NCBI GenBank assembly: GCA_965648935.1
Contig: CBFGIY010000039.1
Span: 1-21,159 of the forward strand
Direction: 5' to 3'
Source of the DNA: a candidate division WOR-3 bacterium
GTDB lineage: Bacteria > Hydrothermota > Tepidihabitantia > Tepidihabitantales > Tepidihabitantaceae
DNA: 21,159 nt
The translations under genes were made by a program, and so were the position numbers. The notes under the pieces are model-generated. The model had not been told where the DNA came from, did no database searches, and worked only from the letters and a program-made list of their open reading frames with translations. Each line of letters begins with the position of its first letter. Position 1 is the stretch's first letter. Of this stretch, positions 1 through 7,700 are shown one piece after another.

Positions 1-249
1 AGTTACCCTGAAGTAACCCTTCTTTGGGCAGTCTAGCAGGCCGGCCTTGGATAAGTACGTGCGAGCCCAACGGACTCGGTTGTCGAATTTCCTTTGAACT
101 CCACTCGGGAGCATCTCCGCTCGCTCCTCAGGAGTGAGGCGGAACTGCTCAGCGAGCAGCTCTATCGCCTCACGAATCGGGAACTCGGGCCGTTGTGCGG
201 CGAGTTGAAGCAGGGGAAGAAAGACCGACTGGAAGTCTGGCATCGCCAC
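1..249 (-). CDS. mrr: Mrr-family restriction protein, N-terminal (Mrr_N winged-helix) domain; partial, runs off the left edge
   Basis: Not in the ORF track. My translation from GTG 249 (ATG 243) is MAMPDFQSVFLPLLQLAAQRPEFPIREAIELLAEQFRLTPEERAEMLPSGVQRKFDNRVRWARTYLSKAGLLDCPKKGYFRVT, which matches the typical Mrr_N pattern (P-D-F/Y-Q..LPLL...LPSG....F.NRV.WA..YL.KAGL). SD GAGGAGG at 263..257. The catalytic domain lies outside the window, so it could be another Mrr_N fusion. Confidence 0.85.
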   Translation of the reverse strand, partial: MAMPDFQSVFLPLLQLAAQRPEFPIREAIELLAEQFRLTPEERAEMLPSGVQRKFDNRVRWARTYLSKAGLLDCPKKGYFRVT

Positions 250-340
250 TCGTGCGCCTCCTCTGTTCCGACTTGGGCATCAACCATCAGGCGTGTAGGC
301 CGCATCGTCCTCGACGAAGCAACCACCAATTCAGCTAGGC

Positions 341-369
341 AGTATAGGACGACACTCACCGACTGTCAA
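341..369 (-). promoter_or_regulatory. sigma70-type promoter for the Mrr_N gene
   Basis: TTGACA (369..364) - 17 nt - TATACT (346..341), near consensus. Confidence 0.75.
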
Positions 370-400
370 TACCGCATAGCCTCACGGGATAGAGTTTCTT

Positions 401-2242
401 CTACGGTCGACCTGGCTCGGGTGGGTGGTAGGTGATGTCAATCTCTTGGACCGAGCCGGATTTGGACACCTTCAACAACAGCGACTGGTAGGGCGGGAAG
501 ACTAGGTCGAGGTCGACCTCTCGTCCCTGCCAGTTGAGCGTGGCGCGGGAGCCGTAGGTATCTTCCATCTTGCTTGCGCCAAAGGCCAGCGGGTAGGTGA
601 GGCCGCGGGAGCGGGGATGGCCGAAGAAAAGGACGAGTTCGCCGTCGTCGGTAACCCGGGCCCAATGGTCGGGCAGGTCGTCGCCCACGAGCAGGGGCGG
701 GTGCGGATGAGCCGCGAGGAGGTCGGTGTCGACGTTGGGCAGGGCCGCGAGCGCATCGAGCGCGTTCTCGAAGCCGTGTTTCTTGCCGCGGCCGGGCCGG
801 TCGGGCCGGCGCAGGAGACAGACCGGCAGGCCGTCGCGGGCGAGCTGGAGTATCGAGCCGAGCGCATCTTCATCAAGCCAGTCGGAGTCGAGCACCAGAG
901 CGCGAAAGACAGCTTGGCCGCAGCGGCAGAGCCCGTCCTCGAACCGAGCGTCGCGCAGGAAGTAGTCGGTCACCCACAGCGGATGGTAGCCGTGCAGGGC
1001 CGCGGGGAACCGCTGGTGGTGCATTTCCCAGTGGTAGCGCGCGCTGGGCTTACGCAGTTCCTCGGGCAGTTCGCCCTGCATCCAGGCGTCTTCCAGCGGC
1101 AGGTAGGCCGCGACGTCGGAGTATGTGCGGCCCGCTTTGAGCGCGGCGCTGACTTTGCCGAGGTAGGCGTTGAACTCGCCGAAGTGCGGGGCAAGTGAAC
1201 CGGTCGGGCCGACGTGGACCGAAGCGTAGAAGCGGTTGTCCTTGCCGGGCGGGGAGTAGGGCATGCCGTGCCAGAAGATGTGGTTGGCCCCGTTGGCGAA
1301 GAGCGCGTCGGCCAGCAGTTTCAGGTCGGCGACCTGTTCCTCGGCCTGGTGCTGGCCCGGGCCGGGCCACGGAATCCAGCCGTACAGGCAGGTGAACGCC
1401 TCGGCGGACACGACCGGCGCGCCGCGCAGGGCCGCGGCCGAGGCCGGGATTGTCGCGAACTCGGGGTCGAAGAGAATCGATTCGGTCTCGGGCACGTCGG
1501 CCGAGGCGTAGGCGGCGATGAGGTCGACCGGCGCGCCGTGGCACTGGACCCGGGTGAACGAGCCTGCCTTGCGGCTGAACTCGGTGAAGGGCTGGTAGAA
1601 GTTGTCGAGGATGAACTCGGCGCGGAGCTTGCGGTAGTCGTAGCGGGCGTCGGGGTGGCTGTCGAGCGCGGCCATCAGGGGTAGGAGCTCGTAACCGTAC
1701 ACGTCCTCGAAGGCCGACTCGAAGCCGTCGGTCCACAGCCCTTTGGTTTCGACTTCCCACGAGTCGCAGAACAGGCCGGAACGCGCGCCCTTGAGCGCCT
1801 CGGCGAGGGCCGCGCCCATCGTTTCCGCGTAGCGCTCGAACGCGGCCGCGTCAAGATGATTGAGGATGCGGCCCTCGCGCGGCAGTTCCCAGGACCGGCC
1901 GAGGCGCTGGTGTGACGGGCCTTCCCAGGTGCGCGCGGAGTCGGACTCGGGCACGAAGGTGCCGCCGAAGGGCCAGAGCGTGCCGAAGGTGAAATCGCAG
2001 CCGAGGCCGCGCTCGTCGCAGAGCTTCTTGGCAAGCGCGACCGCGGCTGACCACTCGGGCGAGAGCCAGTCCGGGCCGCGCGGCTGGTTGGGCAGGGGAT
2101 AGACGAACGCGAGCTCGACCCCGCCGAAGCCGTTTGCGCGCAGCCAGTCGAGTTGGGCGCGGATGTCCTCTTCCCGCAGTTCGACGTTGAACCACCACCA
2201 GCGGGTCCAGGGCCGGGAATCGCCGAGGTAGGGCGCGTCCAT
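401..2242 (-). CDS. GH106-like glycoside hydrolase (putative alpha-L-rhamnosidase), no obvious signal peptide
   Basis: 613 aa. It has SRPWTRWWW, GFGGVE, WLSPEW, LGCDFTFGTLWPFGG, FCDSWE, DVPETE, VSAEAFT and GANHIFWHG, the pattern of GH106 catalytic domains. It starts 1 nt after the rhaA stop (TGA-G-ATG). Confidence 0.8.
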   Translation of the reverse strand: MDAPYLGDSRPWTRWWWFNVELREEDIRAQLDWLRANGFGGVELAFVYPLPNQPRGPDWLSPEWSAAVALAKKLCDERGLGCDFTFGTLWPFGGTFVPESDSARTWEGPSHQRLGRSWELPREGRILNHLDAAAFERYAETMGAALAEALKGARSGLFCDSWEVETKGLWTDGFESAFEDVYGYELLPLMAALDSHPDARYDYRKLRAEFILDNFYQPFTEFSRKAGSFTRVQCHGAPVDLIAAYASADVPETESILFDPEFATIPASAAALRGAPVVSAEAFTCLYGWIPWPGPGQHQAEEQVADLKLLADALFANGANHIFWHGMPYSPPGKDNRFYASVHVGPTGSLAPHFGEFNAYLGKVSAALKAGRTYSDVAAYLPLEDAWMQGELPEELRKPSARYHWEMHHQRFPAALHGYHPLWVTDYFLRDARFEDGLCRCGQAVFRALVLDSDWLDEDALGSILQLARDGLPVCLLRRPDRPGRGKKHGFENALDALAALPNVDTDLLAAHPHPPLLVGDDLPDHWARVTDDGELVLFFGHPRSRGLTYPLAFGASKMEDTYGSRATLNWQGREVDLDLVFPPYQSLLLKVSKSGSVQEIDITYHPPEPGRP

Positions 2243-2243
2243 C

Positions 2244-3500
2244 TCAGGCGCGGCGCGAGAGCACGCCCAGTTCGTAGCGCCGGACTTCTTCGAGCCAGTC
2301 GAGCCCGGCCGGCTTGCCGGACCGCAGGCAATGGTAGTCCCAGACCGCGCCCAGCGGCAGGGTCTTGAGCTCGTCGAGCAGGGCGAGGCGTTCGATGCGG
2401 TCGCAGGCGCGCAGGCGCGCGGTCGGCAGTAGCAGGGCCGCGAGCAGGCAGCGCAGTGTCGCGCGCGCGCCGGTGACCCACGCGCCGATGCGATTGGCCC
2501 CGGGGTCGAAGTAGTCCAGCGCGAGCCGGACCCGGTCGAGCGCGTCGGCCCAGACCAGTTCCTCGAACAGCTCGCGCAGGTCGTCGGTGATGGTGACGAT
2601 GTGGTCGGAGTCCCAGCGCACCGGGCGGCTGACGTGGAGCAGCAGCTCGGGCGCGAACTGGAGCAGGGCCGAAACCTTGTCGGCGACCGACTCGGTCGGG
2701 TGGAAGTGGCCGAGGTCGAGGCAGAGAGTCTTTGAGCGCGAGAGCGCGTAGCCGAGGTAGAAGTCGTAAGACCCGACCGTGAAGGTTTCGGCGCCGACGC
2801 CCCAGAGCTTGCCTTCGAGCGAGTCGCGCAGTTCGGTGTCGGGGTAGTTGCGCTTGTAGATCTCGTCGAGCGAGTCGCGCAGGAGCGTCCGGCGCTCGAA
2901 CCGGTCGACCGTCACGTCGCGCGCGCCGTCGGGAATCCAGATGTTGCAGACGCTGGGGCTGCCCAACTCGCGGCCGAGCAGGGCGGTGACCTTGCGGCTG
3001 CGCTTGACGTGTTCGATCCAGAAGCGGCGGACCTGCGGGTCGGCGTGACTGAGCGTGTAGCCGGACTCGGCCAGCGGGTGGGCGAAGAGCGTCGGGTTGA
3101 AGTCGAGGCCGGTGACGCGGCCGCGCGCCCAGTCGAGCCAGCCGGCGAAGTGCTCGGGACCGATGCGGTCGCGGTCGAGCCCGCGCGGGAACTCGCCATA
3201 CATTGCGTGGAGGTTGAGCCGGTGACGACCCGGGATGAGCGCGAAGGCGGCGGCGAGGTCGCTTCTGAGTTCCTCGGGGTTGCGGGCCCGGCCGGGGGTA
3301 CCTGAGCCGACCCACAGGCCGGACCCGGCGAGCGAGGCCGGGCGCGGCTCGAACCCGCGCACGTCGTCGCCCTGCCAGCAGTGCAGGGAGAGCGCGACCG
3401 GGGCGAGCTTCTCCAGGGCGGCGTCCGTGTCGACGCCCAGCGCGGCGTAGGCGGCGCGCGCCGCGTGGTAGTTCTGTTCGACGGCGAGTTCGCGTGTCAC
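2244..3500 (-). CDS. rhaA: L-rhamnose isomerase
   Basis: Motifs SLHCWQGDDVRGFE, RLNLHAMY, GLDFNPTLFAHP, NIWIPDG, LDLGHFHPTE, LLHVSRPVRWDSDH, ALDYFD. The GTG start overlaps the rhaB stop (GTGA). Confidence 0.95.
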   Translation of the reverse strand: MTRELAVEQNYHAARAAYAALGVDTDAALEKLAPVALSLHCWQGDDVRGFEPRPASLAGSGLWVGSGTPGRARNPEELRSDLAAAFALIPGRHRLNLHAMYGEFPRGLDRDRIGPEHFAGWLDWARGRVTGLDFNPTLFAHPLAESGYTLSHADPQVRRFWIEHVKRSRKVTALLGRELGSPSVCNIWIPDGARDVTVDRFERRTLLRDSLDEIYKRNYPDTELRDSLEGKLWGVGAETFTVGSYDFYLGYALSRSKTLCLDLGHFHPTESVADKVSALLQFAPELLLHVSRPVRWDSDHIVTITDDLRELFEELVWADALDRVRLALDYFDPGANRIGAWVTGARATLRCLLAALLLPTARLRACDRIERLALLDELKTLPLGAVWDYHCLRSGKPAGLDWLEEVRRYELGVLSRRA

Positions 3501-4966
3501 AGACTTGTTTCACTCTGCCTGAGGCGGCGGGCGCGGTCAACTGCGGCGACAGGGGGCGGCGGGCCGGGCCGGAACTCGCGCGCCGGAGAGGAGCGGCGGA
3601 CAACGGCGCGGACAGATTCGAGCGAGTCGACCGCGCCGAGGGCCATTGCCTGCACGAGAGTGTTCCCGATGGCCGTGGCCTCGGCCGGGCCGGCGAGCAC
3701 GCTCAGGCCGCAACAGTCGGCCGTGAGCCGGCAAAGCAGAGCGTTGCGCGCGCCGCCGCCGATGAGGTGGATACGATAGATGGGCCGGCCGGCGAGCGCG
3801 GCGAGTTCGGCGATTGTCGCGGCGTGGCGCAGGGCCAGGCTCTCGATGATGCAGCGGGCGAGTTGACCAAGGCCGCGGGGCACGGGCTGGCCGGTGCGGC
3901 GGCAGAAGGACCGGATGGCGGCGCGCATGTCGTGGGGATTGGCGAAGCCGGTCCAGTCCGGGTTGATGAGCGAGCGCCACGGCGGCGCGGACCGGGCCGC
4001 GCTGACCGCGTCGGCCGCGCTCGCGCCGGGATAGAGCCGAAGCAGTCGCTGGAGCAGCCAGAGCCCGGTGACGTTCTTCAGCACGCGGAAAGTGCTGCCG
4101 ACCCCGGCCTCGTTGGTGAGGTTGGCGCGCAGCGCCGCGGCCGAGGTGCAGGACTTGTCGGACTCGACCCCTATCAGCGACCAGGTGCCGCAACTGATGA
4201 AGGCCCAGTCCTTGCCCTCGGCCGGGACCGCGGCGACCGCGGCCGCGGTGTCGTGGCCGGCAGTCGCAATGACCGGCACAGGCCCGAGGCCGGCGCTTCT
4301 CCGGATAGAGGGCAGGAGCGGGGCAAGAACCGAGCCGGTCGGGACGAGCGACGGCATCAGGGAGCGTGGGACGCCGGCAAGCGCGAGCATCGGGCTGGAC
4401 CAGCGGCCCTGAAGGTCGAGCAGTTGCGAGGTAGAGGCAATCGTGCGCTCGGTCGCGGAGATGCCGCAGAGTCGGTAGTTGAACCAGTCGGGGATGAAAA
4501 GCAGGCGGCGCGCGCGGCCGAGTTCGGCGCTCCCGCGCAGTGCGCGGAGCTGGCAGAGCGTGTTTATGGGCAGGAACTGGATGCCGGTGCGGCGGTAGAT
4601 GGCAGCGCAATCGGCCCGGCGCAGCAGCGCGCGGAAGGCCGGGCCGGTGTGCGGGTCGCGGTAGGAGAAGGGCAGGCCGACGGGCTGGCCTTCAGCGTCG
4701 AGCAGGCAGAAGTCCACGCCCCACGCGTCAAAGCCGATGCTGTCAAGCCTGATACCGCGGCCGGCGCAGAGCCGGAGAGCGTGCAGTATCTCGCGCCAGA
4801 GCCGGTCGGTGTCCCAGTGCCAGTGGCCGCCGCGCCGGACCGGAGCGTTGGCGAACCGGTGCAGTTCGGCCAAGCGCAGGCAGCCGCGCTCGAGCGTTCC
4901 GAGCACTGCCCGGCCGCCCGACGCGCCGAGGTCGAACGCGAGCAGGCGCAGGGGACGGCTGGACAT
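3497..4966 (-). CDS. rhaB: Rhamnulokinase (FGGY carbohydrate kinase)
   Basis: Motifs AFDLGASGGR, DAWGVDF, YRD, HDTAAAV, FISCGTWSLIG, TNEAG, KNVTGLWLLQ, IGGGARN, AGPAEATAIGN. Start moved from 5020 to ATG 4966 because the extra segment runs through the promoter palindrome. Confidence 0.92.
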   Translation of the reverse strand: MSSRPLRLLAFDLGASGGRAVLGTLERGCLRLAELHRFANAPVRRGGHWHWDTDRLWREILHALRLCAGRGIRLDSIGFDAWGVDFCLLDAEGQPVGLPFSYRDPHTGPAFRALLRRADCAAIYRRTGIQFLPINTLCQLRALRGSAELGRARRLLFIPDWFNYRLCGISATERTIASTSQLLDLQGRWSSPMLALAGVPRSLMPSLVPTGSVLAPLLPSIRRSAGLGPVPVIATAGHDTAAAVAAVPAEGKDWAFISCGTWSLIGVESDKSCTSAAALRANLTNEAGVGSTFRVLKNVTGLWLLQRLLRLYPGASAADAVSAARSAPPWRSLINPDWTGFANPHDMRAAIRSFCRRTGQPVPRGLGQLARCIIESLALRHAATIAELAALAGRPIYRIHLIGGGARNALLCRLTADCCGLSVLAGPAEATAIGNTLVQAMALGAVDSLESVRAVVRRSSPAREFRPGPPPPVAAVDRARRLRQSETSL

Positions 4967-4973
4967 CGCGGAC

Positions 4974-5043
4974 ACTTTCGGCGCGGCGGGCGCAGGTGTC
5001 AAGCCGGGCCGGCTTGACACGGGCGGACGGTCAGCAATAGGAT
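4974..5043. promoter_or_regulatory. Divergent promoter pair built around a perfect 25-bp inverted repeat
   Basis: GTGTCAAGCCGG-G-CCGGCTTGACAC (4996..5020) carries TTGACA on both strands. Plus strand: TTGACA 5014-5019, 18 nt, TAGGAT 5038-5043. Minus strand: TTGACA 5002..4997, 17 nt, GAAAGT 4979..4974. Confidence 0.65.
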
Positions 5044-5049
5044 TGGCCG

Positions 5050-5523
5050 ATGAGACAGCGCGTGACCGTGAGGCGGGCGCGGACCGCGGACCTGTCGTAC
5101 GTGCATCGCGACCCGGCGATAGCGGCAGAGGTGATGCGGCGAATGATCCGCGAGGGCGATATGTTCGTGGCGTCCGTCGGGAGGCAGCGGGCCGGGTTTG
5201 CCCGGGTCGAGTTCCTTTGGGGCAAGACGCCGTTGCTGACCTCGCTGTGGGTGGAGCCGGAGTTCCGGCGGCGCGGGGTCGCTTCAGCCCTGTTCGGGGC
5301 GGTCGGGCAGGAACTCGGGCGGCGCGGCTACCGCGAGTTGTTCAGTTCGACGATGCCGGACAACCCGGAGGGCAAGGCGTGGCACCGCGCGCTCGGGTTC
5401 GAGCGCTGCGGCTTCATTGCCCGTATCAACCCGGGCGGGGTTGGTGAAATCTTCTACAAGCGCCGGTTGCGCGTCACTTCACGTTCAATAGCGGCGTCAG
5501 CTTCTGGTCGAAGGGCAGGATGA
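5050..5523 (+). CDS. GNAT family N-acetyltransferase
   Basis: 157 aa with acetyl-CoA motif A (LWVEPEFRRRGVASAL) and motif B-like N....AWHRALGF. The 3' end overlaps the convergent SPFH gene by 50 bp. Confidence 0.85.
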   Translation: MRQRVTVRRARTADLSYVHRDPAIAAEVMRRMIREGDMFVASVGRQRAGFARVEFLWGKTPLLTSLWVEPEFRRRGVASALFGAVGQELGRRGYRELFSSTMPDNPEGKAWHRALGFERCGFIARINPGGVGEIFYKRRLRVTSRSIAASASGRRAG

Positions 5524-6397
5524 CGAAGGTGTTGTTCTGCGAGTTGGCGACGTTGCGCAGCATCTCGACGTAGTACCAGGTCAGGTAGCTGTTGGTGAGC
5601 GAGCCGGCGATGGTCCGGTTGGCCGTGGCGATGCCCTGCGCCTCGACGGCCTTGCGCTCGGCTTCCTTGCGCTCCTTTTCCAGCGTGAACTGCATCTTCT
5701 GGGCGTTCTGCTCTTCGGCGAGCTTCTGCTCGATGGCGGTCATCACGATGTCGGGCAGCTTGACCCGGCGCAGGAGCACGCGCTCGCGGATGACGCCTTT
5801 GCCCGAGAAGGCCTCGTCGAGCAGGGAGTCGACCGCGGCGGTGTAGACCGTGCGGCCGCCGGCCGAGTAGAGCTCGGTTGCGGTGAAGCGCGACGCGGCG
5901 TCGCGCAGGGCAGTGCGGATTGAGGGTCGGACAATCTTTGCGGTGTAGTCGGGCCCGATGTTCTGGTAGACCCAGCTCGCCTGTTTCTCGTCGAGGCGGT
6001 ACCAGACCGTGACATCGAGTTCGACAGTGAGGCCGTCGGCGGCGAGCGCCTCGATGGCGTCGTCGCCCTTGTACTGGCCTTCCTCTTTGATGCTGGACAT
6101 TGTGTAGGCGTTGGTGCGGACGTCCATCAGCACGACGTTGACGATCGGGATGACGACGCTGAGGCCGCTGGTGAGCTGGCGCTGGACCCGGCCGAGCAGC
6201 ACGGGCACACCGGCGTGGCCGGGCGGCACGATGCGGAAGAACGACAGCGCGACAAGCAGGATGACGACCAGAAGCGCCAAGGTGCGGGCGCGGCGCAGGA
6301 CCGCGCGGGCGGCCGGGTTCTGGCGGGCGGCGATGAACAGCGCAAGGACGATGGCGGCGGCGATGATTATGGCTGCAAACACGAGACCTCCTCTCAT
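5474..6397 (-). CDS. SPFH/Band-7 (prohibitin family) membrane protein
   Basis: Two N-terminal hydrophobic segments, then IVPPGHAGV, DGLTVELDVTVWYR, IVRPSIRTALRD, AIEQKLAEEQ and the coiled coil EAERKAVEAQG. Confidence 0.9.
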   Translation of the reverse strand: MRGGLVFAAIIIAAAIVLALFIAARQNPAARAVLRRARTLALLVVILLVALSFFRIVPPGHAGVPVLLGRVQRQLTSGLSVVIPIVNVVLMDVRTNAYTMSSIKEEGQYKGDDAIEALAADGLTVELDVTVWYRLDEKQASWVYQNIGPDYTAKIVRPSIRTALRDAASRFTATELYSAGGRTVYTAAVDSLLDEAFSGKGVIRERVLLRRVKLPDIVMTAIEQKLAEEQNAQKMQFTLEKERKEAERKAVEAQGIATANRTIAGSLTNSYLTWYYVEMLRNVANSQNNTFVILPFDQKLTPLLNVK

Positions 6398-6427
6398 TCA
6401 GTTTGTTCGGTGCGGGCAGTCAGGGCG

Positions 6428-6496
6428 AGTCTAGCGCGGGCCGGGCAGGCTGTAAACCCGGCGCTTCCTTGACTTGGGGAGTCACCGGGCTATGAT
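6428..6496. promoter_or_regulatory. Back-to-back divergent promoters (SPFH gene / methyltransferase gene)
   Basis: Minus strand: TTTACA 6456..6451, 17 nt, TAGACT 6433..6428. Plus strand: TTGACT 6469-6474, 16 nt, TATGAT 6491-6496. Confidence 0.65.
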
Positions 6497-6505
6497 AGCC
6501 CCGCA

Positions 6506-7537
6506 ATGAGCAAGAAATACAGCGTTCTTGAGACTTGGATTGTCAACGAGGCCAAGCCGGTCGAGTCGAACTCGGCCGAGCAGACTTACGAGCGCATGGA
6601 GCGGCAGGGCGGCGGCAGGCTGCCGGTCATCGACGTGCCGATCGACTTCCGGACCGAAGAACATTTCGTCGACGAGGCGCGGGTGCGTGATTTCCTCGTT
6701 CACTTGGGCAACGCCCAGGAGGTGCTCGACATCGGTCCGGGCGACGGCTGGCCGATGCTTCGGCTGGCGCCGTTCGTGCGTTCGATCACCGGCATCGACC
6801 CGTCGGCGCGGCGCGTCGAGCGCATCACCGAGAATGCGGCCCGGCTCGGGCTGGCCAACGTCACGGTGAAGCAGATGAGCGCGACCGAGCTCGATTTCCG
6901 GGCGGGCACGTTTGACGCGGTTGTCGCCGCGACCTCGATCGAACAGGCGCCCGATCCGTTCAAGGCCCTGCGCGAGGTGTTCCGCGTGCTCAAGGCGGGC
7001 GGCAAGCTGCGTGTCGCCTACGAGGGCGTCGATTCGCAGGAGAAGGGCTACACCGAGCGGATGTTCACGACCGCGACCGCCGACTCCTTCGGCTACCATT
7101 ACGTGCTGAAGCACTCGCGCCCGGCCTGGGAGCGCAACTACCTCGTGAAGTTCGCCGCGACGCCGGAGATGGCCGAGGAGTTCCGCAAGCTCGAGGATCT
7201 GGTCGGCCGGCTCGGGCCGAACCCGACCCAGAACGGCGAGGTCGGGCTGCAGTTCCTGCAGCGCAACCAGGCCGCGATGACCGGGGCGTCGTGGTACGAG
7301 CTGGAGCATTTCACCGCCCAGTCGATGAAGGACACGCTCGAGGAGGTCGGCTTCGTCAGCGTAAAGTCGACCTACTCGGCCGGCACCCTGGCCCGCTGGT
7401 TCTGGCCGCGCATCGCCGACCACCAGCTCACCGACCAGCAGGCGCAGGACATCTGCCAGGGCCTGGCCGACATCGCCGCGAAGCTGGAAGCGCCGGACCA
7501 TCTCGGCGAGCCGGTTACCGCGACCAAACCCCGCTGA
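6506..7537 (+). CDS. Class I SAM-dependent methyltransferase, substrate unknown
   Basis: Motif I VLDIGPGDG, ITGIDPS, FDAVVA and LREVFRVLKAGGKL, plus a ~170 aa C-terminal region I do not recognise. Confidence 0.85.
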   Translation: MSKKYSVLETWIVNEAKPVESNSAEQTYERMERQGGGRLPVIDVPIDFRTEEHFVDEARVRDFLVHLGNAQEVLDIGPGDGWPMLRLAPFVRSITGIDPSARRVERITENAARLGLANVTVKQMSATELDFRAGTFDAVVAATSIEQAPDPFKALREVFRVLKAGGKLRVAYEGVDSQEKGYTERMFTTATADSFGYHYVLKHSRPAWERNYLVKFAATPEMAEEFRKLEDLVGRLGPNPTQNGEVGLQFLQRNQAAMTGASWYELEHFTAQSMKDTLEEVGFVSVKSTYSAGTLARWFWPRIADHQLTDQQAQDICQGLADIAAKLEAPDHLGEPVTATKPR

Positions 7538-7567
7538 CCCGCCCGCGACGCCGGGCCAATTTTTCGC

Positions 7568-7596
7568 TTGCATTGGCCCCGGTTCGGCCGCATAAT
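7568..7596 (+). promoter_or_regulatory. sigma70-type promoter for the PDZ lipoprotein gene
   Basis: TTGCAT 7568-7573, 17 nt, CATAAT 7591-7596. Confidence 0.55.
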
Positions 7597-7700
7597 GCGC
7601 TCACGGGCATCACAAGCGTGAGAGTATGTCAGGCGAGGTCCGACGCCGATGCCGCCCGCGGCGGCCAGCGGCGAGCGCCTCGCCGGTGAAGGAGTTGGCG

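Noticed and set aside
94..435. 113-aa plus-strand ORF and 65-aa minus-strand ORF (162..359)
   Set aside because: Both overlap the Mrr_N gene and its promoter and have no recognisable motifs
7552..7580. Inverted repeat GGCCAAT...ATTGGCC as an intrinsic terminator
   Set aside because: Short stem, 11-nt loop and no U-tract after the stem; it overlaps the -35 box, so at most a weak operator candidate
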